From an uncultured delta proteobacterium (GTDB lineage Bacteria > Myxococcota > Myxococcia > Myxococcales > Myxococcaceae), in NCBI GenBank assembly GCA_963771175.1, contig CAVYSY010000002.1, positions 64,001 through 128,000 on the forward strand: a stretch of 64,000 bases of DNA. The letters are read 5' to 3'. The position numbers were made by a program, and so were the translations under genes. The notes beneath the pieces are model-generated. The model was not told the origin of the DNA and made no database searches. It saw nothing but the letters and a program-made list of their open reading frames with translations. Positions 44,444-55,884 of this stretch are shown piece after piece. Positions within the stretch are counted from its first letter, which is position 1, and each line of letters starts with the position of its first letter.

Positions 44444-47400
44444 ATGGGGGGCCCAATGATCTGCCTGGCCTGTGCCGAGCTCCGCGCCGCGGACTCCGGC
44501 GCCCGTTGCCCGAACTGCGGCGAGCCGCTCCTCCCCGCCACACCCGAGTCCCTCGACACGCTCGTCCAGGAGAAGCTGCGGCGGCGGATCTCCGACTGGC
44601 GGGACACGCGGCTGCTCGATGAGCGCACCGCGTCCCAGCTCACCGAATCCCTCCTCACCGGCGCGCCCGCCGCGGCCGTCGCGGTGTCGCTGCTCGAGGA
44701 CGCGAGCACCCTGGAACAGAAGGCGGATGCGCTCGCCGGGAAGCTGGAGCAGGTGGAGGACTGGCGTCCCGACTGGGGCAAGGCGTTCTTCCAGGCGCTG
44801 GAGAAGGCGGCGCGAGAGGAGCGCGAGGCCAGGCACGAGCACCGCGACGAGGGAGACGGAATCGGCCTCGCGTCGGACTCGGGACAGGCGCTCTTCCACC
44901 GCGCGGATGCGAGCGCGCTCGGCGGAGGGCTGGATGCCGTGGCGGCGCTCGATGACGCCACGGAAGGAGCGCGCGGCGAGAATCCCAAGCTGCACGAGTA
45001 CGTCTGGTGGTTCCTCGGCGCGGTGCTGGTGCTCGGCGGCTCCCTCATGGGCGTGCGCGAGGCGTGGCGCGCGCTCGGGGGCGTTCCGCGCCAGTTGCTC
45101 GTCACCGGCGCGCTCTTCGCCTACCACGCGGCCTTCATCGGACTGGGGACGTTCCTCGCGCGGCGCTCGACCTCGGCGGGACGGGTGCTCGCGGGGATTG
45201 GCATCGCGCTGCTGCCCGTCGTCTTCGTCGCGCTGTCCGCCCTGGTGGGGCTGAACCCGGCCGATGGGCGTGCCCGTCGCGGCCGGGGTCGCCGGCCTGA
45301 GCCTGCTCACCTTGAGGCTCACGGGGCGCCTGCTGCACGGGGCTTCCACGGTGTCGCTCGGGGTGGCGCTGCTGCCCTCGCTGCTGGCCGGACTGCCGCT
45401 GATGGCGCTGGGTGAGGAGCCCTGGGCGCGCACCCTCTGCGCCTTCGCGGGAGTGGCGGCGCTCGGAGCCTCGGCGTGGCGGGTCGGGAAGGAAGGTGCG
45501 AGCCGGGCCGGGCTCGCCGTCCTGACCACGAGTCTCTATGGGGCGGTCGCCCTCGCCGTGTTCTCGGTGGCCAGCGCCCCCTCGGGCTTCGATGCCCTCT
45601 CGCCGGGGAGCCCCACCTTCGCGGGGATGACGCTCTGGGCGGTGGCGCTCGCCACGGTGGTGGCGGGCGTGGCCACGCGGAGTCAGGCACGCGAGGCCCA
45701 TCCCCAGGCGGCTCCCGTGGTGGAGACGCTCGCGCACGCGGTGGTGGCCTGCGGAGCGCTCGCCGGAGCCATCTCGGCCTTCGTCCTGCCTCCCGGGGTG
45801 GCACCGTGGGTGGACCTCGCCTCGGCCTTCACGCCGGTGGCGGCGGCGCTGGCCTTCTTCGTGCTCCAGCCCCGGCGCCGGGCGCTGGTCCACCCGGCCG
45901 TGCTCGCCCTGGCCCTCGCCGGCGTGCTGCTGGCCCGTCTGGGGATGCCGGACGAGCCCCGCTGGTGGATGGTGGGAGTCGCCGCCGTGGGAGCGGGCCT
46001 GCTGCTCGTGGCCCGCCTGAGCGGGAACGACTTCCTCCGCTTCTGGCTGCTCGGCTGGGGCGTGGTGCTCTCGCTGGCCTCGCTGGCGCTGTCCTCTCGC
46101 GTCTTCAATGACTGGGGCCCGGACACGGGATGGCCCGAGGTCGCCGCGGGCGCGCTGGTCGCAGTGGCCGCGCACCTCGCGGGTGGCTACCGCTGGAGGG
46201 CGCTGCACTACCTGGGAGGCCTCGCGGTCTTCGTCGGAGTGCTCGGTGGCGTCTTCGCCATGAACGTGAGCGCGCCTACCTGGACGAGCGTGGCCGGGCT
46301 CACCCTGGTGGCGGGCCTCTATGGCCTGACCGGGCTCCTCCAGGAAGCGTGGATGCGCCGCACGGGGAAGACGAGCGAACTCCTCCCCCTGGATGACCTC
46401 TCGCTGGCCATGGCCGCGCTGGGCGTGCTGCGCGCCCAATACGGGCTGAACCCCGGCTTCCAAGGAGAGTACCTCCTGCCGCTCCCGCTCTTCACGGAGG
46501 TGTTCCTCGTGAATATCGGGATCGCCCAGGTGCCGCTCGTCCTCGCCTCGGTGCTCCTGCTGCTGCGCGCGAGGAGGGACCGCAGCCGGCTCGTCAGCAC
46601 CTGGGCCGCCTGGGGCCTCGCGCTCCCCGTCGTGCAGTTCAGCTTCGAGGCCCCCACCGTCCTGGAGGGCTCCGGCTCCCGCGTCCTGCTCCTCGCGCTC
46701 CTCGCACTCGGCTTCTCCGTCATCGCGATGCCGCGTGGACGAGGGCTCGAGGGGCCCACTCCCGCCAGACGAGGCCGGAAGCTGCTCGGGTGGGTCCGGT
46801 TGCCCTTCCCCGAGTGGGGCCGCCCGCTCTACACCGACGGCTTCGCCACCGTGGCCCTCGTGGTGGCCGCGTTCGCCGCCCTCATCCTCGGGGCCTGGGT
46901 GGCGCTGCCGGTCGAGCCCGAGCGTCCCCGGGTGCGTGCTCGCGGGCGCGTTGCTCACGGGCAGTGCGCTGCTCGCCTTCCTCTCGCGAGGCTTCGTCGC
47001 GTGGCGCCTGCGCGGCGCGGTGGGGACACTCGCCGTCGGGGGGCTCCTCATCGCGCTCACCGCGGTGCTCAACCGGGTGGGACGCCCACTCCCGCCCGAC
47101 GTGGTCGCCTTGCGACTCCCGCTCATCGGCGTCGGTCTCTGGCTGCTGGCGCTCGCCGCCCGACGCTTCGGCCCGTGGCTCGCGCGCCTCCTGGAGAACG
47201 AGCCCCAGGGCCGCTTCTACCACCTCGTCCCGCACGCGGGCGTCGCCGCACTGGGCGTGGTGCTCGCGGTGGATGCCTTCCTCTTCGGCGGGCCCGACCT
47301 CACCCGCGCGCTGACGGTGGTGCCGCCGCTCATGCCCCTGGGCGCCGCGCTCCTGGCGCTGCTGCTCGCCTTCTCCTTCCGGGCGCCGGGCCTCGCCCAC

Positions 47401-49501
47401 CTGGGACTGCTCCTGGGACTCCCAGGGGCCATGCTGTGGGCCGTCCACGCAGACCGTGCTCGGCCATGCACTGGTGGCACTGGCGCCTCCGGGTGGACAC
47501 TGGGTGCGCGCCGGAGATGCTGGAGACGGCTCGGGACCTCGGCTGGCTCGCGCGAGATGCCTGGCTCCGCGCTCGGAGAGACACGCCCCGACGTGTGGTA
47601 CCGGGCCTTCGATGGGCCTCGCCGCCGCGGGGCTCGTGTATGCCGGTGCGGGGCTGGCGCTGGTCCTGGTGAGCGCACGGCTCGCCTTCGTGCGCGCCTT
47701 CCTGTCCTCCGAGTCCGACTTGTTCGGCCAGGAACTCAGGCGAGCGCTGCACCACTGGTCGGGCATCGCCGCGTGGCTCGTCTTCATGGCGGCGTTCTTC
47801 CAACCCGGGCTGGAGGCGGCGGTGCTCACCTTCGCGTCCGGATGCTGCTGCTGCTCTCGGGCGGGGCGCGGGCCCAGGGGCGGCTGGTGCCAGGGCTGGG
47901 TCTCCTCCTGGTCATCCACGCCCTGGCGCACCGCGAGCCCATCCTCGGCGCCTGGCCGGGGCCGGTGTTCGCCCTGGTGGGGTTGGCTGGTGGTGGCGCT
48001 CAGCCCGTGGGTGGCCCGCTGGCGAGGGCGCGATGAGAGCGCGGTCCGGGCCCGTGCCCAACTGGGCGCGCTGTTCTACGCCCTGGTCGCGGTGGTGTAC
48101 GCCCTGGCCAGCGGCGGCGAATCCGACCCGGTGGTGGCGGTCCCGGTGCTGCTGTTCAGGGCGCTCAATGGCCTCGCGGGGTTCTGGATGCGGTCTTTCG
48201 CCCTGCCGGCGACCTCGGCCCTCGTCGCCATCACGCTGTTCATCGGCGCGTCCCAGTGGAAGGGCGCGCTGTCGAAGCTGGGAGCCGGGTGGGCCTCGAT
48301 GCTGGCGGGCTTCGCCGCCGTGACCGGACTCGCGGTGTGGCTCATGGCGGGCGCGGTGGGTTTCCCAGGCAAACCGAGCTACGACGACCTCCTCTCGTTG
48401 CACGGCACGGCGCTGGCGCTCTGCACGGCGGGAGTGGCGGCGCTGGCGCACGTCGCCAGCCGGCAGGTGCGGCACGGGCGCGAGGACATCGCCCGGGGCC
48501 TCGGCTGGGGCAGGGATTTCTGGCTCATCACGACGGGTGGACTGCTCGCGCTGGTGGCGGCGCTCATGGATGCGCCGGATGAGCGGGCACTCCCGCTGGC
48601 GAGCGCGGCCATCGGGCTGGCGGTCGTGGTGTCGCTCCACTGCGCCTGGCGCGAGCGGACCGGCCGGCACGTGTACTTCGTGCAGGTGGCGGTGGTGGGT
48701 GTGTACGCGCTCGTGCGAGCCCTGTACGCCCGGGGCCTGCGCCCCGAGCACGATGCGCTCTTCGCGCTGGCGCTCGGCTTCGTGCTGGTGGGAGTGACGG
48801 TGCTGGCACGCCGGGCGGGCATTCCCCCGGTGGAGCGAGCGACGCGCCGGTTCGCGGCGCTGCTCCCCGTGGGCATGGCCCTGGTGCTCCCCGGCGAGGC
48901 CACGGGCGAGGCGGCACTGCTCGCGGGTGGCTCGGGTCTCCTGTACGCGGCGCTGGGCGCGGTGGAGCGCAGCCGGTGGTTCGGCTCGCTCGCGGCCACC
49001 GCCTGCAACGTGGCGCTCCTCATCGGCGCGCTCTCGATGGACATGGAGGGACTGGAGATCTACCTGGCGCCGCTCGGACTGCTGCTGTTGATGCTCGGTC
49101 AGCTCTTCACGGGCAGCCTGCCCCACGCGGCGAGGAACGCGGTGCGCATCGTGGGCGGCCTGCTGCTGTACGTGCCCGCGGCGGCGAAGCTGACGCTGCA
49201 GATTGGACTGGCGGCGGATGGGACGTATGCCTTCGTGTTCGGCGCGGCGTGCCTCCTGGGCGTGGCGACCGGAATGGCCCTGCACATCCGTGCCTACCTG
49301 GCGCTGGGGACGCTGTTCCTCACGCTGGACGTGGCCGCCACCCTCGTCCATGCCGGCCTGAGGGACCACCGCATCGGCTTCCTGGTGATGACGCTCACCG
49401 GCCTCACCATCGTGGGCGGCCGGGTGCTGGCCACCCTGCGTCGCCAGGAGCTGGAGCTGCTGACGCGGCGCGTGCGGGTCGCGCTCCGAGGCTGGGACTG
49501 A
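44444..49501 (+). CDS. Very large polytopic membrane protein with N-terminal zinc ribbon (DUF2157-like), several frameshifts
   Basis: CLAC...CPNC N-terminus; near-continuous TM segments across ORFs 44336.., 45264.., 46735.. and 47456..49501. Confidence 0.7.
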
Positions 49502-49722
49502 GCGCAGGGGGCCAGCCCGGGGAGACCACTCCATCGGAGAGGAATCCCCCAGGGAACGGACTGGGGTGTGAATCTGGCATGATGGGAACCGTCGTAAAGC
49601 TCGAATCCGGCTCTGAAAAACTTCAATGAGTCAGGGTGCTTGTGAGGGGCGGGGGCGTGGACACCCGTCGAATGCCCGTGCCATCGTCGTTCACTTCCAG
49701 CTGTCTTACAGGACCCTTGAAG

Positions 49723-50865
49723 ATGCAAACGCTTCTGCTCTCCCTCCTGCTTGCCACGGCTGCTGCCGACGCCACCACCGAACAACGGGTCTACGTCCTC
49801 GGCTCCTCCATCAATCTCCGGAAGGAGCCCTCCGCGGAAGCGGAGATCCTGGAGAAGCTCCAGATTGGCACGGAGTGCCACGTCATCGAGAAGCTCGAGG
49901 GGGCGTGGTTGAAGGTCTGCTGCGGAAAGAAGGGCGGCTACGCGTCCGCGTCCCTGCTGGGGCCGGAGAAGCCCTCGGCCGAGAAGCTCAAGGCCGAGGC
50001 GCAGGACATGCGTCTCCCGCTCAAGCAGCGCGAAGAGAGTGCACTGCGCGCCGCGACCCTCTCCCCCGAGGATATCGAGCTGCAGACGCTACTGGGAAAC
50101 CTCTTCTTCGAGCGGAACCTCGAGCTGATGGCTGACATCAAGAAGCCGACGACCCTGCGGACGTTCAACCACACGTGCTTCAACCAGAGTGACATCTCCT
50201 GCATCGGAGATGCCGCTGGTGCAGGGGTGAAGAACGTGAAGATCCGGGCCGAGACGAAGGGGAACCTGTTCGTGGTGGCTCTCGGGAACGCCGAGCGAGT
50301 GGCCGTCTATCGCGGCAGATATAATATCAACAAAACCCATGTGCTGACGGGGGAGGTCCTCGAGTCCACCGGCTTCGCCACGACCCCAGTGCTGGAGAAG
50401 GCGCTCTTCTTCGGCATCAAGCCGCGCAATTCCGGCAGGTGGGACCTGGTCCTCGGTCAATTCGCGCTGGACGAGGCCTCTCATGCAACCCTGGACGGGC
50501 TTCCCAGGGAGTGGGGCCGCCTGGAGCCGAGTCCCCCCGAGGGCTTCTTGATGATGCAGTGGAACGACTGCTTGAAGAGGCCTTTCCTGTTGAAGTTCAA
50601 CCCGGACATTCACGGCCGGTGGCGTCTCTCGATCGAGACCGTTGGTACTGATAATGCTGCAGAGAACTACTGGATAGCTGCGGTGTCGAAACGCGGCAGT
50701 GACCTCGAGTTGACACTCGAGCGGTATTACGGGGGCACGAAGCGAGAGGTGTTCAAGCTTCCGGAAGGCCGCAAGGACATCGCCTACCTGGGGGACAAGG
50801 CGTATTCCTTCAAGCTCGACAGGTACGCAGAGGAGCATCACCGTTGCATTCAGGGCGGTCCCTAG
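49723..50865 (+). CDS. Exported SH3b-domain protein, candidate immunity protein
   Basis: Signal peptide MQTLLLSLLLATAAADA; INLRKEPSAEAEILEKL..G...W.KV...GY SH3b pattern. Confidence 0.75.
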   Translation: MQTLLLSLLLATAAADATTEQRVYVLGSSINLRKEPSAEAEILEKLQIGTECHVIEKLEGAWLKVCCGKKGGYASASLLGPEKPSAEKLKAEAQDMRLPLKQREESALRAATLSPEDIELQTLLGNLFFERNLELMADIKKPTTLRTFNHTCFNQSDISCIGDAAGAGVKNVKIRAETKGNLFVVALGNAERVAVYRGRYNINKTHVLTGEVLESTGFATTPVLEKALFFGIKPRNSGRWDLVLGQFALDEASHATLDGLPREWGRLEPSPPEGFLMMQWNDCLKRPFLLKFNPDIHGRWRLSIETVGTDNAAENYWIAAVSKRGSDLELTLERYYGGTKREVFKLPEGRKDIAYLGDKAYSFKLDRYAEEHHRCIQGGP

Positions 50866-50889
50866 GCCGGATCCTCTTGAGGGCACGTC

Positions 50890-53800
50890 ATGAAAAAGAA
50901 CAGCAGGTATTGGCCAGACTGGAAGTACGAGCTGCCGGACAAGCTGTTGGCCGTGTTGGACGAATACCACATCCTCAAGGTCCCGCTCCTCGGACAACAC
51001 TATCCGGGAGGACCCTCGGACTGGTGCGGACGAACGTCGTGCTCCATGGCGTTCAACTACTACCAGCTCGTGCAGGGCGGTGATGTCGAGTCGAAGTTCA
51101 TCACGCACTGGGATGGAGGGCAGCAGGGGCGCTTCGTGGATCTCCGCTACCCGGGCGGCCAACGGGCATTCCACACCGAAGCCAGTCGCTGATCCTCAAA
51201 ACGTCAATCTCGATGGGTATGCGGTTTCAGACCCCAACTACACGGCGGGCGATATCGCGGTGGTTACGCCACCGTCCGACTTCACGTCGGGGGCATTCAG
51301 CGCATCCCCCATCCTGGGCTTCTCACGAGGCGTGGTGTTGCCCTACGACACGTCCAACCGGAAGGAACTGGCGGCCCGGATCGCGAACGACCCCTCCCTC
51401 ATCGCATCGAAACTCGAAACCATCCTCGAGGCCGTCACCTCCAACAACCCGGTCATCTTCTACTCCGGGTTCTCCATGCGGGGCAGCGAGCCGATCCACC
51501 TCATCCTCATCACCGGCTATGCCTATCTGAAGGACGACACGGGCCGGCACCTCTGGCTCGCGGTGGCAGATCCCGCGACTCATGAGAAGAAGATCAAGGC
51601 GGGCATGTATTCGGTGCCCACGCCGGCGGCAACGCACGATCTGGATTCGCTTTCCCAACTCAGCGGAAAGCACAACATGATTCGTGTGATTCCCGGAAAC
51701 TGGGAGGAGGCCAAGGCCCCGTTGGTGTTGATCCGGGCCCGGAGGCTCTTCGAGGAGAACACCCACAGCAGTGCCCGCGATGACCTGTACATGGACTACT
51801 GGGGAGGTGACAACAAGGGCGGCACCTTCATCTATTCACACCGGTTCACACCCGCTCCTCCCGAGTGTGTCTTCACCAACGTGGCGTACTCCGTCGCCTA
51901 CCCCGTGGACGGCCGGAAGGAGCGCTTCCGCCCGGTCAACTGCTACGCGATGACGGAAGGGGCCGCGAAGGGCCTCTTCCCCCTGGGCAGCCACCGGAAT
52001 CTCCACTCGGGGGTCCACCTGGAGCTCTCCAGCTTCTCGCGAACGCATCCACCGCCACCTCCACCCGAGGAGAAGAAGGAGCAGTCCGCGGCGAAGGGCT
52101 CGAAGACGAAGGCTCAGGAGCCCAAGAAGGCCGAGCCCGCCACCACCGAGGCGTCCAAGTCTACGCCCACCCCGCAGGTCCTCCACAGAGAGGTGCGCTG
52201 TCTCGCGCCGGGATACATCGTGGCCGTCCGGCTGGCGAACGCCCTTCCTGAATCCAAGCCACAGGCGGCGGTGGGCACCGAGCCGGCCGCGGAGAACGAG
52301 CTGGCCGAGCTGGCGAAGAAGGCGCTCGAAAAGAACCAGTTGTCCAAGGAGTTCGCGGGAAATCACAACTCCTTCATCCTGGTCCGCCACGACGTCGAGG
52401 AGCTCATCCCGAAGAAGGAGCAGCAGCCGGACGGAGGAGAGGCGAAGCGCTTCACCTTCTACAGCCTCTACATGCACCTGGTTCCCCCTGACTGGAAGAA
52501 GGCGGGGACGTACCAGGACGTGGCCTGGCTCAAGATTCTCGCGCGCCGCGAGGGCTCTCTGACCGTGCTCGATCCACAGCACGAGGCGTTCCAGCAGGTC
52601 CGGTGGCTCCAGGGCGCGTTGGAGGGCGCTGGCAACGAGGCGGACATCGTCCCGAAGGTGGGCGGCACCTTCACCACGATCGGTTCGGACTCTCTCCAAG
52701 CCCCAGACGTTCCAACTCGGCGACGAGGAGGGGGACGGGACTACATCCGCGCGGTCTTCAAGAAGCCGGAGAGAGACCTGGCCGAGCTTCACAAGGCCCT
52801 CATCGGCGGCGAGGTCGTCACCCTGTGCCATCCCTATCTCAAGGTCCGGGCCGGCGAGTTGATCGGCTATCTCGACGACAAGAGCGAGGCGGTGGGCGAC
52901 GGCTTCCTCCACTGGGAGATCCTCGCGCCCAGTGAACAGGGCCAGCTCGAGCAGTTCCTGAAGTTCGCGGAGGAGAAGCTCGGGCTGTCGAGCGGCGGCA
53001 AGCCCTTCTTCGAGTTCTTCGAGGAGACAGGACCAGAACAACGTCTTCGATCCTCCCGCGCTGCAGACCGGCTCCAAGCGCGAGGGCGAGCTCGATTCCC
53101 TGCTGAAGCTCGCGCCCGTGTTGGAGCAGGCGGGTGACGACGAGAAGCGGCTCCTCGCCAGCTTCCTGGACACCTACAGCCAGGGCAAGCTCCGACAGCT
53201 CCTGGGCTCCTCCCGCGCGTTGCCGTTCTATGCTCCAAAGCCCGAGGACAAGCCCGCCGAGGAGAAGGTCCTCAGCTATCCCGTCGATGTTCTCCTCGAG
53301 AACTACAAGGACTGCCTGCCCGCGGGGTCCTACAAGCTCCGGTTCACCTTCGAGCCGTCGTCCTGCCCGCCACAGGAGGTCGAGTACGACGGGCAGAAGA
53401 CCCACGTTCGCATCTACGTGCCCGCGGGGGCGCGGAAGATCTTCGTGCAGCCAGCGACGCCGGGGAGCCTCTTCCTCCAGTCCGGAGGCTACCCGGGCAA
53501 GGAGGAGAGCCTGAAGAAGGATGTCGAGCACTTCAGGACCCTGGCCTCCGTGCGCTGGCGCAACGTCGTCCTCCGGCACCTCAATGACTGGAGTCCCGAA
53601 GGCATCGAGAAGCAGATGCTGGAGCATCTGAAGACCCGCACCGAAGATGGCGCTCGGCTCGGACACCCTGGACTCCACGAACGAGCAGCAGGCGAAGGAG
53701 CTCATCCAGAAGTACGCGGATGCCATCGGCTGGTGGGCAAACAATGAGAAACCGGTGCTGGGTCCCAAGGGGGACGAGAAGCCCCTGTTCGCCGACAATC

Positions 53801-55884
53801 CGGACAGCGAGCAGTTGCCCAAGAACACCTTTCAGGACAACCCACACCCTGTCACCTTCGCCTGGCTGTTGATGCTCCTGACCCGGCACAACTTCATCCA
53901 GTTCACCGACGTGCCGCTCTGGCATTCGGAGGAGCTAAAGGAGATTGCCGCGCTCGGGTGGTTGCCGGCGCGGGAGCGGTATGAGCCCCGGCGCATCGGC
54001 GAGCTCCTCTACGTCGGCGCGGTGCAGCGGGGCCATGGCAAGGACAAGGTGTCCTTGCATGTCTCATTGGCGAAACCCGAGGCGTGGCGGCTCGAGATCG
54101 CCGCGGGGACTTTCAACGAAGGGGTGTTCGCCCAGCCCGTGGAGGTGCCCGGATGGGGCGAGTGGAGCCTCGACGAGCCCGGCGCGCAGGCGCTCGGCGA
54201 GCTGAAGCTCCAGGGGCTCGAGCCCGTCTTCCTGAAGCCCTCCAGTCCACCCGGAGAGAATCGGCTCGCTCCCCATCGTTCCCGATGCGGCGCTGTCCAG
54301 TGGGAAGGACGGAACCTTCTCCTGGCGGCTCGCGTTCCGGGCGAATTGTCCGAGGATCCTCCGCGGCTGGGTCCTCATCCGCAAATGGAAGGGCCGGGCG
54401 GCCGACGAAATTCCGAAGGATGCCTCTGTTTTCGAGACCGCCGAGGTGGCGATCCCCGTCGTCGCGCGGGAGGACACGGCCATCAAGGAGGAGGCGGGCT
54501 TCGCGGTCGTCGATGGCTTCATCAAAAAGGGCAACGTCAAGGACGTCAGCACCTACGTCACGCAGCACTTCACGTACAAGCAGTTCCTCGACGCGGCCAA
54601 GGGGCAGAAGCTCGCCGCGGGCGCCGAGCCCCTGATTACCTGGGACCTCGTCGAGGCGGTGGAGCGCATCCGGAGCGGGTATGCGGCACGCCAGCCCGTG
54701 ACCCTGCTCGGACTCTCCGAGGACGGGCTCTCCATCCAACTCCGGGCGGTCAACCTGGAGAAGCTGCGCGAGGTCGTGGCAAAGGCGAAGGAGGATGGCT
54801 GGATCGACGATGCCGAGGAGGCGGGAAAAGGCGAGATCCGCATCCGGGTGAAAGCGCCGCGGGAGAGCAAGCACCCCGGTGAGCTCGTGGTGGAGCTCGA
54901 TGCAAACGAGGCCTTCAGCGAGCTGCGCAAGGGGATGACCCACGAAGAGCAGCTGGCCGTGCAGTTCGGATGCTTCTTCCCGAACGGAGGCAGCGCGCAG
55001 GACGGACGGCTCCTGGCGTCGGACACGATCGGGAAGAGATATGAAGCGGTGAAGGTGGAGGATCTGAAGAGCCTGGCCCGGGGCGGACACCTGGAGCATT
55101 GGTCGACGGCGGTCGCGGAGGTGTTGCACAGCCCCATGTTCGGAGAGCCCGAGGTCCAGCTCACCAGCAAGGGCGCCCAGGTCTGCGTGCCGCTCCTGGG
55201 CGGCACCGCGAGCTTCTGGAACGCGGCTGGGCCGAGCATCAGCTTCGGGAAGGAGGAGCTCGACAAGAAGGCGACGTCGACCATCCTGCCCAATCCACTG
55301 CGCGTCGTGCGGGCATTGGACTTCAGCGACAAGAAATTGAAGGGCAAGCAGCTCGTGATCTCGGCATCCGTCAAGAAGAAGGACGTGACCCTGAAGACCG
55401 AGCGAATCGACGTCCAGCCCTCGAGGAGAATCCAATACGACATGGAGCCGAGCGCCGAACTCGAGGCGCAACCGGCGCTGTACGACCCGTTCGTCCTGAC
55501 GCTCTCCCTGCGCACGAACGCGGTCCCCGCCAGCAAGGGCTTCAAGATCGAGATCGCCAATGCCTCGGGGACGCTCCTGACCCTCCCGAAGGACTGCATC
55601 TCCTACGAGCTGCGGACCAAGGAAGGGGGCATCACGGATTCGAAGGGCGTCTTCCGCGCCAAGGTGGATGTGAGCGACATCGCGGAAGCGCTCAAGGGAG
55701 AGAAGGAGTACGAGGTTCGTGTCGAGCCCGTGAACAAGGCGGACAAGGATTGGCCAGCAGCAAGAAACTCACCGTCCCCGACCCGCTTCAGCAGGAAGAG
55801 GCAGTGGACGTGATGGGCGATTTCCCGGGCATGTGGCCGGACGGACTGAGCGTGCCCATGAAGGGTGAGAGGGTCTGGAGATGA
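50890..55884 (+). CDS. Giant multidomain protein: C39-like peptidase + WHIX/M23-like split domain + degenerate M15-like segment; about 5 frameshifts
   Basis: VPLLGQ...WCGRTSCSMAFNYY, IHLILITGY, VADP; FPLGSHRNLHSGVH, VRCLAPGYIVAVR, SFILVRH, FYSLYMHL, VRAGELIGY, FLHWEI; HPVTFAWL; stop overlaps the next ATG (ATGA 55881-55884). Confidence 0.7.
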
